A stretch of 64,000 nucleotides of DNA from Halobium salinum (GTDB lineage: Archaea; Halobacteriota; Halobacteria; Halobacteriales; Haloferacaceae): the NCBI RefSeq assembly GCF_026586625.1, contig NZ_JAODIW010000008.1:93332-157331 (forward strand), read 5' to 3'. The translations under genes were made by a program, and so were the position numbers. Below are positions 1 through 9,634 of the stretch, in pieces; within the stretch, counting starts at the first letter, position 1, and every line of letters starts with the position of its first letter. A model generated the notes under the pieces. The model was given only the letters and a program-made list of their open reading frames with translations, searched no databases and had not been told where the DNA came from.

Positions 1-138
1 GGCGGCGAGGAAGTCCATCCCGAGCGGGAGCGCCGGCCCGTGCTGTTCGGTCGCGCCGGTCGGAAACAGCGCCACCTGGACGCCGTCTAACTCGTCGAAC
101 GTAGTCGAGGTGTGGTGTGCGAGGAGCGTCGGGTCCAT
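1..138 (-). CDS. Creatininase-family amidohydrolase, N-terminal fragment (gene continues beyond window start)
   Basis: Reverse translation from ATG at 136-138 gives MDPTLLAHHTSTTFDELDGVQVALFPTGATEQHGPALPLGMDFLAA. The EQHGPxLPLGxD motif is typical of the creatininase / ArfB-type amidohydrolase family. Confidence 0.5.
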   Translation of the reverse strand, partial: MDPTLLAHHTSTTFDELDGVQVALFPTGATEQHGPALPLGMDFLAA

Positions 139-232
139 ACGACGCCGTGGACGGGGGGCCACTTAGGGGTTGACGCGGGCCGGAACGAGTCGGAGCGGTC
201 GCCGCTGAGGCCACCGACCCCGCCTCGGCGTC

Positions 233-1024
233 TCACTCACTGAAGTCGGCGACGCCGCGGGCAGGGTAGCCGACGACGCGGTCGACGCCGGCTTCCTTCA
301 GGGCGGCGACGCGCTCGCCGACCGTCTCGGGCGCCCCGACGAGCGCGTAGTCCCGCACCGCCTTCGAGAGGACTTCGCGGGCGCGCCCGGTCGCCGCGGC
401 GTCGGTGTCGGCGTCGTCGGGGAGCGCGCGGGCGACCGGTCGACGCCGGGCCGCGTAGCCACCGACCGCGTCGAGGACGGCGTCCTCGTCGTCGGTGAGG
501 ACGGTGGGCGCGTAGACGAGCACCTCCCCGTCGAAGCCGGCGGCGCGGAGTGCCCGCACGTCGCGTTCGGTCGACCGCGAGAGCAGTTCGTACTGGGGAC
601 CGCCCGCGGCGAGGGCGACGCGCTCGACGCCCTCCGTGCCGACCCACGCGTCGGGCGCCGCCTCCCGGGCCGCGCCGAGGCGGGGGGCGACCGGGCGGCC
701 CCGCTCCTCGTCGGTGAGGTACGCCGGGTGGCCGGCGACGACGACGCGGCCGACCTCGTCGGGAATCTCGGCGAGGAGTTCGCCGTCGCCGAGGGGGTCG
801 TACCCGTCGGCGCGGACCGGTGTCGTCAGCCGGACCCGTTTCTCCGCGGCGAGGGTGGCGAGGGTCTCCCGGTCGGGGACGTGCTCGCGGCCCTCGTAGT
901 CGACCGTGACGGTGTCGAGCGGGAGGTCGAGCGCCCGCCGTACGTCACACTCGGCGGGCTTGAGCGCGACCGCGTCGAGGCCCGCGAGGGCGACGCGGGA
1001 CTCGCCCGCCTCGCCGGTCAGCAT
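233..1024 (-). CDS. Putative TIM-barrel oxidoreductase (luciferase-like / methylene-H4MPT-reductase-like class)
   Basis: 263 aa ORF. The C-terminal segment ...GAPETVGERVAALKEAGVDRVVGYP resembles the C-terminal signature of luciferase-like monooxygenase-class proteins. The assignment is weak. Confidence 0.3.
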   Translation of the reverse strand: MLTGEAGESRVALAGLDAVALKPAECDVRRALDLPLDTVTVDYEGREHVPDRETLATLAAEKRVRLTTPVRADGYDPLGDGELLAEIPDEVGRVVVAGHPAYLTDEERGRPVAPRLGAAREAAPDAWVGTEGVERVALAAGGPQYELLSRSTERDVRALRAAGFDGEVLVYAPTVLTDDEDAVLDAVGGYAARRRPVARALPDDADTDAAATGRAREVLSKAVRDYALVGAPETVGERVAALKEAGVDRVVGYPARGVADFSE

Positions 1025-1210
1025 CGGCTCGCTTCCCCGGTTGTTTCGGACAGTGAGTCGAACATAGAGTCGGTGGTAGAAGGCTCGTTAGCGTCGTCGC
1101 GGAACGCGATCCATCGTCTGTGCGACCATGTACCCCTCTCTACCCCTGTCGCGTGGATAAGCGTTGCGTCGGGCGCACAAAGTTGCCGCTCTCCCGTCGG
1201 GCCGAGAGAC

Positions 1211-2014
1211 CTACCGCTCCACTTCGAGTACCCGCGCTCCGCAGTCGCCACAGTCGTAGGTGACGACGTCGACGGTGCGACAGCAGGACTCCGTCCGTTC
1301 CTCGCTGAAGGCGAGCGGCCCGTCACACGAGGGACAGTTCTCCGCGAAGATGCGTAGGCCCGCGAGCAGTTGCCCCTGTGTCACGCGGTCCAGTTCGTCC
1401 CAGTTCGCGACGCGCTCCCGGAGGAGCGGGACCGCCCCGAGGTCGGCGAGCAGGGCCGCCTCGGAGGGCCAGCGCGCCCGCTCGACGCCGCCGTCGGTGA
1501 CGATACAGGCGACCTCGCGGTCCTCGACTCGCGGCTCCTCCAGCGCCAGGAGCGACCCGACGTGGGCGGCCGTGTCGCGCCGGACCGACTCGATGGAGTC
1601 GCGCCAGGCCGCCCGGAACTCGTCGGTGATTCGGAGGTCGTCGTCGGCCTCCTCGACCGCACCGATGGCGAGCAGTTCGGTCTCTGGGTCGACCTGTGGC
1701 GTGTCGGGGTCGACCTCGACGCGTGCCTCGGCGCCGACCCCCGTGGCCGGCCCCTTGTCGAAGCGACGGAGCACCCAGTCGGGGAAGTACCGCTTCGTCA
1801 ACTCGGGCGTTCCCGGGACGAGGTAGCCGCGAAGCCAGATGGCCCCGAGCGAGAGTCCGAGGACGACGACGGCGAGGACCGGGGAGACGACGCCCGCGAC
1901 GAGCGTGAGCAGGGCGGCGATGGCGGTGTTCGCGACGGTGCAGGGGAGACACCGGTTCTCGCCGGTGTACTCCGGCCGGTGGAAGCGCCGCAGCGGCGCC
2001 GGTACCGAGTCCAT
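1211..2014 (-). CDS. Hypothetical membrane protein with C-terminal zinc-ribbon (CxxC...CxxC)
   Basis: Internal ATG (MDSVPAPL...) chosen because the upstream extension is Arg-rich. Two predicted TM helices (AIAALLTLVAGVVSPVLAVVVLGLSLGAIW). C-terminus carries CPSCDG ... CGDCG. Confidence 0.45.
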   Translation of the reverse strand: MDSVPAPLRRFHRPEYTGENRCLPCTVANTAIAALLTLVAGVVSPVLAVVVLGLSLGAIWLRGYLVPGTPELTKRYFPDWVLRRFDKGPATGVGAEARVEVDPDTPQVDPETELLAIGAVEEADDDLRITDEFRAAWRDSIESVRRDTAAHVGSLLALEEPRVEDREVACIVTDGGVERARWPSEAALLADLGAVPLLRERVANWDELDRVTQGQLLAGLRIFAENCPSCDGPLAFSEERTESCCRTVDVVTYDCGDCGARVLEVER

Positions 2015-2663
2015 GGTCGAATACGAGTGGGCTCTCGGTGAAAAGCCTCTCCCTCCCCGTCGTTCGGTTAGTTCGGGGGGCCGAAGCGCCCCTCCGAGGG
2101 CACAGTACTCATCCACAGACACATTCAGAGAGAATTAACAGTCAGTTTACCCAAAATTTTGGGCTCATTAGCTAAGGGGGAACGGGGCGACGGATGGAGT
2201 ACGGGGTTCGTGTGGGAATCCCGACGAAAGCGGCCGCGGTGCGGTACGACGTGGGTTGTGTGACCCGACGCGGTTCGACGCAGTTCGGTGTACGAGACGG
2301 TCGAGCGCGGTCGGGTGTGGATGCGGTCGGACGTGGGTACGGTCGGTCGGGAGCGCGGTGATGCGCCCCCGACACGGTGTGTCGGCGTGTCTGTCGCCCG
2401 TGGTGGGGCGGCGTCGACTGTGGTGGTGTAGTGTGAGACGCGCCGTCGCTCGTGGTGGAGCGACGGCACTCGGTGCGATGGCGGGCGCGCGGTCGTGCCG
2501 CCCGTCCCGGTGGTGTATCGCGAACGCGAACGGGCCCGGGTCGATGTCGGGGTGCGGTTCCCGACGCCGGTCCGGACTTCATCCTTCCCGACTACTCACG
2601 CCTCGTGACCGGACGGTTCCGGGAGCGGACGGTTCATTACCGTCGTGGGCCCAACGTGTGTGC

Positions 2664-2900
2664 ATGAGCTGGGTCGAAGCCGACGCCGACGGCGTCGTCG
2701 AGTGGGAGCGCTCGGACGGGTACGCGACCATCAGGCTCCGCGAGCGCCACGACGGCTCGTGGGCGGTACGACTCGACCGGCTGTTCCAGGCGCCCGAGGG
2801 CCAACTGTACCGCAGGGAGACGGCGCCGACCGAGACGGCGGCGCGGGCCGTGGTCGAGCGCTGGCAGACCGAGTTCGACGTCGAGGAGCCGGCGGCCTGA
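2664..2900 (+). CDS. Small conserved hypothetical protein (78 aa)
   Basis: ATG at 2664 begins MSWVEADADGVVEWERSDGYATIRLRERHDGSWAVRLDRLFQAPEGQLYRRETAPTETAARAVVERWQTEFDVEEPAA. The upstream part of the long ORF 2256..2900 is Cys/Arg-rich junk. Confidence 0.4.
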   Translation: MSWVEADADGVVEWERSDGYATIRLRERHDGSWAVRLDRLFQAPEGQLYRRETAPTETAARAVVERWQTEFDVEEPAA

Positions 2901-2946
2901 GGTCGGCCGCGTTCGCCCCCCGACCGCACGAGTAGGACGGCGAACC

Positions 2947-3717
2947 TCAGTAGTGACCGAGGACGCCGAGCCGCCGCGCCCGCCGGCTGGCGAGACCGAA
3001 CAGGACGTAGCCGACGAGGAGGTAGGCGACCGCGGTGCCCGACAGGACGGCGAGCGCGGACGGCTCGAACTCCCAGAGGCGCACCCCCTCGCGCATGGCT
3101 CGGCCGAGCAGGCTACTTCCCTGTGCCAGCGGGAGCCACCGGAGGAACGGGTACTGTCCCAGCGGGGCGGCGATGAGCCCGACGAACGCGAACTGGACGA
3201 GGCTGAACACGTTCTCGATGCGCTTGTAGACGAGCGCCAGCCCGCCGAAGACGAAGCCGACGCCGACGGCGGAGGCGAGCGTGAGGAGCGCGAGGGGGAC
3301 GACGGTGAAGAGGTCGACGACCAGCGTCCGTCCGGTCGTCAACAGCATCAGCCCGAGAATCAGGCCGCCCCAGAGGAGGCTGAACAGGACGTTTACCACC
3401 ACCTTGACCGCGAACACGCGGCCGAACCCGTGAGGCGACATGAACAGCTGTTCGAGGGTCCCCCACTGCGCCTCGCGGGTCACGTCCCAGGAGAGGCCGG
3501 CGTAGGCGACGACGGCCATGGTGAACAGGAAGAACCCGACGACCAGCCCGCCGAGACTCTCGTCGAACGCCGCCCCGCCGACCGCCTGTCCGCCGTAGAA
3601 CAACAGGAGGAAGAAGACGTAGAGGCCGAACACCTGCGAGACGGTGTTGAGCGGGTATCTGACGAGGAGGAGCGCCTGCTTGCGTGCCACCGCCCGGAGT
3701 AGGGTCAGGGTCGTCAC
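2947..3717 (-). CDS. ABC-2 type transporter permease
   Basis: 256 aa with six hydrophobic segments. ATGA overlap with the upstream ATPase gene at 3714-3717. Confidence 0.75.
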   Translation of the reverse strand: MTTLTLLRAVARKQALLLVRYPLNTVSQVFGLYVFFLLLFYGGQAVGGAAFDESLGGLVVGFFLFTMAVVAYAGLSWDVTREAQWGTLEQLFMSPHGFGRVFAVKVVVNVLFSLLWGGLILGLMLLTTGRTLVVDLFTVVPLALLTLASAVGVGFVFGGLALVYKRIENVFSLVQFAFVGLIAAPLGQYPFLRWLPLAQGSSLLGRAMREGVRLWEFEPSALAVLSGTAVAYLLVGYVLFGLASRRARRLGVLGHY

Positions 3718-4913
3718 CGGTCCGCTCCCACGTCGGCACCCGAGTTGGCGCCGGAACCGGGCCGAACTCCGGTGTCGGCTCCGTTCGCGGCGTCGGCTCC
3801 ACCCTCGGGGTCATCTCCGACCGGCGCGTCCGTCACCGGTGCCGCGTCCCGCTCGGTGAGCCGGAGGAACACCTCCTCGAAGTCCGGGTCGGCGGCGTCG
3901 ACGGACGCCACCTCGTGGCCCGCGTCGAGGACGGCCCCGAGTGCGGCGTGGAGCTCGCGACCGCTCTCGACCGCGAGTTCGAGGTGGGTGGTGTCGCCCA
4001 CGGGCTCGCTCCGAATGACCTCGTACTCCCGACGGAGGCGTGCGTCGAGGCGGTCGTCGATCCGGCCGTCGACGACGACCCGGTAGCGCTGGGTCCGGAA
4101 CAGAGCTTTGAGCGCCGCGACCGAGTCGTCGGCGACGACGCGACCCTCGCTCAGCACGACGACCCGGTCACAGACGGTCTCGATGACGCCCATGTCGTGA
4201 CTCGACAGGACGACCGTCGTCGACTCGTCCTCGGCCAAACGCCGAAGCTCCCGGCGGAGCGACAGAGAACTCTCCACGTCGAGCCCCAGCGTCGGCTCGT
4301 CGAGGAACACCACGGGGACCCCCCGTGAGAGCGTGCAGGCCAGCGCGGTCTTCTGCTTCATCCCGCGCGAGAGGTCGTTGACGGGGGTGTCGGCTTTCTC
4401 CTGCAGGTCGAGTCGGTCGAGTAGCTCCTCGCCTCGCTCCCGCGCCTTCGCCGGGTCGACGTCCCCCAGCGCGGCGAAGAACCGCAGGTTCTCCCGGACG
4501 GTGAGGCGCCAGTAGACGTTGCGGGCGCCCTCCAGCATCGCGCCGACGTGGCGGTACGCCTCCCGAGTGTCCGCGTACACGTCGACGCCGTCGATGTCCA
4601 CCGCCCCGGCGTCCGGCAGGACCAACCCCAGGACGGACTTGATGAGCGTCGTTTTCCCGGCGCCGTTCGGTCCGAGGAGGCCGACGACGGTTCCAGGCTC
4701 GACGTCGAATGAGACGCCGTCCACCGCACGCACGTCGTCGCCGTAGGTCTTCGTCAGGTTTCGGACGGAGACCGCGGCGGCGCCCGAGTCGAGGTGAGGG
4801 CGGGTCGCCGCGTCCCCGTCGGTCGCGGCCCCGTCGACCGCCTCCGGCGGCTCCGCGCCGGCACTCGTCGCGGCGGTCCCCTCGTCGGCGCCGGGAGGTT
4901 GCATAGCTGTCAC
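3714..4913 (-). CDS. ABC transporter ATP-binding protein (low-complexity N-terminal extension; true start may lie downstream)
   Basis: Walker A (LLGPNGAGKTTL), ABC signature (LSRGMKQK), and Walker B (VVFLDEPTLGLD). The N-terminal roughly 50 aa are A/G/D/T-rich. Confidence 0.85.
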   Translation of the reverse strand: MTAMQPPGADEGTAATSAGAEPPEAVDGAATDGDAATRPHLDSGAAAVSVRNLTKTYGDDVRAVDGVSFDVEPGTVVGLLGPNGAGKTTLIKSVLGLVLPDAGAVDIDGVDVYADTREAYRHVGAMLEGARNVYWRLTVRENLRFFAALGDVDPAKARERGEELLDRLDLQEKADTPVNDLSRGMKQKTALACTLSRGVPVVFLDEPTLGLDVESSLSLRRELRRLAEDESTTVVLSSHDMGVIETVCDRVVVLSEGRVVADDSVAALKALFRTQRYRVVVDGRIDDRLDARLRREYEVIRSEPVGDTTHLELAVESGRELHAALGAVLDAGHEVASVDAADPDFEEVFLRLTERDAAPVTDAPVGDDPEGGADAANGADTGVRPGSGANSGADVGADR

Positions 4914-4977
4914 CTGCGGTCGAACGCGGATAACGGTTTCCGGGCCGTGGACTCACGGATAGGGCCGCTCGCTACCC

Positions 4978-5131
4978 CAACCGCTTCGTCGTCTCGCACC
5001 TCCACGGTGGCAGGTATCGCGCCGATAAACCGGCGCGTCACTGCAACCGCTTCGTCGTCTCGCACCTCCGCGACGGCAGGTCGCTCACAGACGAGACTGC
5101 TAGCTACTGCAGTCGCTTCGTCGTCTCGACC
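4978..5131. repeat. Intergenic direct repeat, about 38 nt x2.5 (caaccgcttcgtcgtctcgcacctccRcgRYggcaggt)
   Basis: Copies at about 4978-5015, 5044-5081 and a partial copy at 5112-5131. They lie between the ABC ATPase gene start and the CBS/ParB gene stop. Confidence 0.5.
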
Positions 5132-5886
5132 AACGGATGCCGTGCGTAATCCACCACGGAGATGTCGTCGATGGAGCGCAGCCCCTCCTTCTCGGCGGTC
5201 TTCGCCATGCCGAGTTCGACGGACTTCGGGAGGACGATGACGTAGGCGTCCATCTCCGCCACCTCGATTCGGTCGGCCGCGAGCACGCGGTGGTGACCGT
5301 CGGCCAGCAGGAGCGTGCCGTCGTTGTCGATGACGACCAACGGCTCGGCGAGGCCGCGTTCGAGCTCGTACCGCCGTCCCTCCAGTTCGTCCGCGTACAC
5401 CCGCGCCTGCGTCGGGATGAGTTCGGCGAGGGGCACTCGCCGGCGCTCCTGTGCCACCTCGATGCCGTGAATCTGTTCCAGGGTCCGCATCAGCTTCCCC
5501 ACCTTCTCGGGGGTGACGCGTTCGATCTGTGAGCGCACCACGTCCGTGTTCGAGATGATACCGACGAGGTTGCCGGCGTCGTCGACGACCGGAAGCTTCT
5601 GGATGCCCGACCGGAGGATGACGCGGGCGGCGTCGGTCACCTTCATCTCCGGGTGGGCAACGATGAGGTCGTCGGTCATCACGGTGAAGATGAGCGCGTC
5701 GTCGTCCGCGAGCAGGAGGTCGCTCGCGGTGACGAACCCCTCGACCTTCCGCCCCTCACAGACGGGGAACCCGTTGTGCCCGTCGCTCTCGGCGATACGG
5801 CGGGCGACGGCCGCGACCGTGTCGTCCGGCGAGACGGTCTGGACGTCCCGCGTCATGTACTCGTCGACGGTCGCCTTTCCGGACAT
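5104..5886 (-). CDS. CBS-domain pair fused to ParB-like nuclease (ParBc/sulfiredoxin-fold) domain protein
   Basis: N-terminal CBS-type segments (MTRDVQTVSPDDTV... and LPVVDDAGNLVGIISNTDVV). The C-terminal region (ELIPTQARVYADELEGRRYELERGLAEPLVVIDNDGTLLLADGHHRVLAA) carries the ParB/Srx GHHR-type motif. Confidence 0.65.
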   Translation of the reverse strand: MSGKATVDEYMTRDVQTVSPDDTVAAVARRIAESDGHNGFPVCEGRKVEGFVTASDLLLADDDALIFTVMTDDLIVAHPEMKVTDAARVILRSGIQKLPVVDDAGNLVGIISNTDVVRSQIERVTPEKVGKLMRTLEQIHGIEVAQERRRVPLAELIPTQARVYADELEGRRYELERGLAEPLVVIDNDGTLLLADGHHRVLAADRIEVAEMDAYVIVLPKSVELGMAKTAEKEGLRSIDDISVVDYARHPLVETTKRLQ

Positions 5887-5975
5887 GCCGCCCGCTACGC
5901 GAGGCCGGATGAAAAGCGTGGCCCCGCCGAGTCGGCCGTGTGCGGTCGTGAAGCGACCGCCGACGGGGTCGTCGC

Positions 5976-7562
5976 CTACGTCCGCTCCTCCTCGTCGTCG
6001 CCGGACTCGTCCCCCTCCGCCCGTTCGAGCGCGGAGAGGCCGGCGCCGTCACCCCCCGACGTCGCCGATTCCCCGGCACTCGACGGGTCGGAATCGTCGA
6101 CGCCGTCTCCCGGAAGTTCGTACGCGAGGTCCGTGCCGAGGTCCCCCGGTGGCGTCTGCGGAGCGTCCTTCAGCGTCTCGAAGAAGCGCTCGGAGACGAT
6201 GTCCCGGACGACCTCGGCGAGCGACTCGGCCGACCCCTCGTCCACGTCGGCGAGGATGCCGAGCGGAATCTGGGCGCCCGCCATGTCGGCGTGACCGCCG
6301 GCGCTCCCGATGGCGTCGAAGGCGTCACGCAGGGTCTCGCCGAGGTCGAGACCGGTCCCGCGCGCCCGGGCGGAGACGTAGACGGTGCCGTTCTTGAACC
6401 CGTAGACGAGCGTCGCGGAGACGCCCTCCATGTCGAGCAGGCGGTCCGCCGCCTGCGCCAGCGCGTCGCGGTCGCGGATGCGGCCGACACCGGTCGCCAG
6501 CGCCGAGTCCCGCAGGTCGCGGTTTCGGATGGCCTTCGCCAAGGTCTCCAACACCTCGGCGCTCATGCTCGGCGTCTCGACGCGTTCGAGCACGCTCTCG
6601 TCGGCCGTCGAGAGGAGGTACGCCGCCGCCTCGAAGTCCATACTCGAGGCCTCTCGAGTGAAGTCCTTGGTGTCGATGCGGATGCCGTAGAGGAGCGCGG
6701 TGGCGGTCGTGCGGTCGGGAGCGACGCCGAAGCGTTCGAGGTAGTCCGTGAGGAGCGTGCTCGTCGCCCCCGCGTCGCTCCGAAGGTCGACGAAGCGGGC
6801 CTCGACGGGTGCGCGGGGCGGATGGTGGTCGACGACGATGTCCACTTTCGTGTCCTCGGAGAGGCCGTCGTTCACGCCCGGCCGGGAGTGGTCGACGAGC
6901 GCGATGCCGGCGTAGTCGTCGAGGGTCTCGTCGGGGTCGAGGTCCCGGAGGTCGAGGTCGAGCAGGTTCACCAGGGCGCGGTTCTCCTGGTGGGATATCT
7001 CCCCGAAGTAGCAGGCGTCGGCGTCGACGCCGGCGTCCTCGGCGAGCCTGACGAGGGCGACGGCGCTCGCGAGCGCGTCGGGGTCCGGGTTGTCGTGGGC
7101 GACGACCGCCAGCGGCCCGTCGAGCGACCAGAGGACGCGCCTGAGCTTCTGCATCCGCACCGCGGCGTCGCCGGTGGCGACGTCGAGCACGCGGTCCCCG
7201 ACGGCGTGTTCGAGGTCGAGCACGCGGTCCGCGACCGCTCCGATGGCGGCTTTGCTCTCCGCGTCGGCGCCCTCGCCGGTGTACGCGAAGAGGAGCGCGT
7301 CCGGATAGCGCGCGCGGGCGGCCTCGGCGGCGACTCGGTTGCGCTCGGGGTCGTCGCCGGCGACGACGACCACGTCGGCGCTGTCGGGGTACACCGCCGG
7401 CTCGGTGGGGTCGGCCTCGACCGCCCGGACGCTGTCGTCGCGGAGGACGTCCACGCGGCTCGGGTCGCTCGTGATGACGTGGAGGCGACCGGGCTGGTCG
7501 ACGGCCCACTCGATCACGTCGTGGCCGACGGTGCCACAGCCGAGCACCAGTCGCCTGTCCAT
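5976..7562 (-). CDS. DHH/DHHA1 phosphoesterase with N-terminal TrkA-N-like NAD-binding domain and acidic C-tail
   Basis: Rossmann-like LVLGCGTVGHDV. DHH motifs (AHDNPDPDALASAVAL and DHHPP). A GGH motif (GSAGGHADMAG) typical of DHHA1. C-terminal D/E/S/G-rich tail. Confidence 0.7.
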   Translation of the reverse strand: MDRRLVLGCGTVGHDVIEWAVDQPGRLHVITSDPSRVDVLRDDSVRAVEADPTEPAVYPDSADVVVVAGDDPERNRVAAEAARARYPDALLFAYTGEGADAESKAAIGAVADRVLDLEHAVGDRVLDVATGDAAVRMQKLRRVLWSLDGPLAVVAHDNPDPDALASAVALVRLAEDAGVDADACYFGEISHQENRALVNLLDLDLRDLDPDETLDDYAGIALVDHSRPGVNDGLSEDTKVDIVVDHHPPRAPVEARFVDLRSDAGATSTLLTDYLERFGVAPDRTTATALLYGIRIDTKDFTREASSMDFEAAAYLLSTADESVLERVETPSMSAEVLETLAKAIRNRDLRDSALATGVGRIRDRDALAQAADRLLDMEGVSATLVYGFKNGTVYVSARARGTGLDLGETLRDAFDAIGSAGGHADMAGAQIPLGILADVDEGSAESLAEVVRDIVSERFFETLKDAPQTPPGDLGTDLAYELPGDGVDDSDPSSAGESATSGGDGAGLSALERAEGDESGDDEEERT

Positions 7563-7675
7563 ACCACGACGGTCGGCGCGGCGGGTGAAAACGTTGCCGT
7601 CCGGCCCCGACGAGTCGGTTGTTTCCCGTCGCCCCCGATGGAATTATACATCCGTGCCTATTGGTGCCAAACGGC

Positions 7676-8053
7676 ATGAACGAACGGACCGGCCTCGTCG
7701 ACGGGGAGCGCGCCGACCGCTTCGAGAGCGCCTGCCGAACCGTCGTCGGCGACACGCTCAGGAGCATCACCTACTTCACGCCCGACGGCTTCGAGCAGAC
7801 CTACCTGCGGAGCGACCTCGACGCCGACGCCGACCTCGCCGGCTTCGTCGAACACGAGTCGCTCGGCTTCCGCGCCCGGACCGCCTACCGCGACTCCGAA
7901 CTCGGCGACTACGAACACACCGTCCGGTCGTTCGAGAACGGGTACATCACCCGCGTCGTCGGGCACGAGGAGGGCGTGTTCGTCACGACCGACGGCCTCA
8001 CCATGCGCCGCTCCGAGGAGGTGGCGACGGCGCTCGGAGAGCTCCTCGACTGA
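7676..8053 (+). CDS. Conserved hypothetical protein
   Basis: ATG at 7676 (MNERTGLVDGERADRFESACRTVVGD...) with coherent acidic composition. No recognisable motif. Confidence 0.4.
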   Translation: MNERTGLVDGERADRFESACRTVVGDTLRSITYFTPDGFEQTYLRSDLDADADLAGFVEHESLGFRARTAYRDSELGDYEHTVRSFENGYITRVVGHEEGVFVTTDGLTMRRSEEVATALGELLD

Positions 8054-8092
8054 GACGAAAGAGAGAACCGGCCGTGGGAATCGACGGACCGC

Positions 8093-9634
8093 TTACGCGC
8101 CGAAGAGCGCGGAGGCGGCCGTCTGGGCGGTCTCGATGATCGGGCCGAACGCCGGGAGGAGGAGGAACGTCCCCACCGCGGCGATCATGATGCCGGCGTA
8201 GAGGCCGACAGGCTTCGAGCGAATCTCGAACTCGCTCGTCGCGTCCTCTATCCACATCGCCTTGACGACGCGGGAGTAGTAGAACAGCGACAGCGCGCTG
8301 TTGATGGCGCCGAGCGCCGCCAGCCACCAGAAGCCGGCGAAGACGGCGTTGGCGAACAGGAAGTACTTCGAGAAGAACCCGCCGCCGACGGGGAGGCCCG
8401 CGAGGCTGAACATGAACAGCGCCATGGCCGCGCAGGCCATCGGCGCCTTCGACGCCAGCCCGTTGAAGTCCTCGAAGGTGCGGCCGATGCCCCAGTGTTC
8501 GGTGAGGGCGATGAACAGGAACGCGCCCGTGTTCATGAACCCGTAGACGAACAGGTGGGCCATCGCGGCGCCCATCACGTCGCCGTTCTGGCTACTCGCG
8601 CCGCCGGCGAGGGCGGCGAGGCCGATGAGCACGTACCCCGCCTGACCGATGGAGGAGTACGCGAGCATCCGCTTGACCGTGTCCTGGGTGGCCGCGGCGA
8701 AGTTGCCGAGCGTCATCGTGACGACGGCGAGAATCTGGAACAGGATGACCCAGTTGATGCCTTCCGGGATGGCCGAGAGCGAGAACGCCTCGACGAACAC
8801 GCGGAAGGCGACGGCGAAGCCGGCCGCCTTCGACGCCGAAGAGAGGAAGCCGCTGATGGGTGCGGGCGCGCCCTCGTAGGCCTCCGGCGCCCAGAAGTGG
8901 AACGGCACCGACGCCGTCTTGAACGCGAACCCGCCGGCTATCATCAGCACGCCGACGCCGGCGACGCCGACGAGTTCGGTCTCCCCGAGCGCCTCGGCCA
9001 CGTCGCTGAACAGCAGCGACCCCGTGACGGCGTAGACGAGCGAGATGCCGAACACGAAGATGGCCGAGGAGAGCGCGCCGATGAGGAAGTACTTGAGCCC
9101 CGCCTCGACGCTCCCCTTGTTCTTCTTGAGGAACGCGACGAGCGCGTAGGAGGGGAGCGAGGCGAGTTCGAGCGCGACGAACGCCGACGCGAGACTGTTG
9201 GCGGACGCCATGAGCGTCATCCCCGTCGCCGCCAGCATCGTCAGCGCGTAGAACTCGCCCTGGTACTCCTTGCCCGCGAGGTAGTCGTAGCTCGCGATGG
9301 CGACCATCGCCGCCACGGAGGCGAAGATGGCCGAGAAGAACAGGTACATGCCGTCCACGACGAGCGCCTCGCCGTAGAGGACGATCTCGCCGCCGGTGCC
9401 GGACTGGCCGGTGCCGGCCGCGAGGTACCAGCCGCTGAACGCGAGCGAGACGAACGACCCGACGGCCGTCGTGCCCGCGAGCAGGGCGTTGTTCTTCGTC
9501 TCCGGCGAGATGCTGTCGACGAGCAACAGCGCCAGCGCGGTGAGCGCAAGCGCGAGCGTCGGCGCGAGCGCCGTCCACTCGGGCAGGGCGCCACCGCTCT
9601 GGAGCAGCGTCGCGGTGACCGATGGGAGCGACAT
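8093..9634 (-). CDS. nuoN: NADH-quinone oxidoreductase (complex I-like) subunit N
   Basis: 513 aa polytopic antiporter-like subunit. It is the last gene of the nuo operon and its start overlaps the nuoM stop. Confidence 0.9.
   Translation of the reverse strand: MSLPSVTATLLQSGGALPEWTALAPTLALALTALALLLVDSISPETKNNALLAGTTAVGSFVSLAFSGWYLAAGTGQSGTGGEIVLYGEALVVDGMYLFFSAIFASVAAMVAIASYDYLAGKEYQGEFYALTMLAATGMTLMASANSLASAFVALELASLPSYALVAFLKKNKGSVEAGLKYFLIGALSSAIFVFGISLVYAVTGSLLFSDVAEALGETELVGVAGVGVLMIAGGFAFKTASVPFHFWAPEAYEGAPAPISGFLSSASKAAGFAVAFRVFVEAFSLSAIPEGINWVILFQILAVVTMTLGNFAAATQDTVKRMLAYSSIGQAGYVLIGLAALAGGASSQNGDVMGAAMAHLFVYGFMNTGAFLFIALTEHWGIGRTFEDFNGLASKAPMACAAMALFMFSLAGLPVGGGFFSKYFLFANAVFAGFWWLAALGAINSALSLFYYSRVVKAMWIEDATSEFEIRSKPVGLYAGIMIAAVGTFLLLPAFGPIIETAQTAASALFGA

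Noticed and set aside
2256-2663. N-terminal 136 codons of the 214-aa ORF 2256..2900.
   Set aside because: The segment is Cys/Arg/Trp-rich low complexity in a GC-rich frame. The conserved-looking part begins at the internal ATG 2664 (MSWVEADADG…).
4978-5131. CRISPR array.
   Set aside because: There are only two to three repeat copies with irregular, partially repeated spacers, no palindromic repeat core, and no cas genes anywhere in the window.
6325-7770. Long antisense ORFs rich in Arg, Pro or Gly that overlap real genes. This entry stands for the whole class, for example 6325..7770, 8592..9668, 9665..11038, 19666..21069, 11415..13727, 16044..17837, 43874..45034 and 48595..50223.
   Set aside because: They are typical high-GC alternative-frame artefacts: 15-30% Arg, no motifs, and each is fully overlapped by a well-supported gene on the other strand or in another frame.
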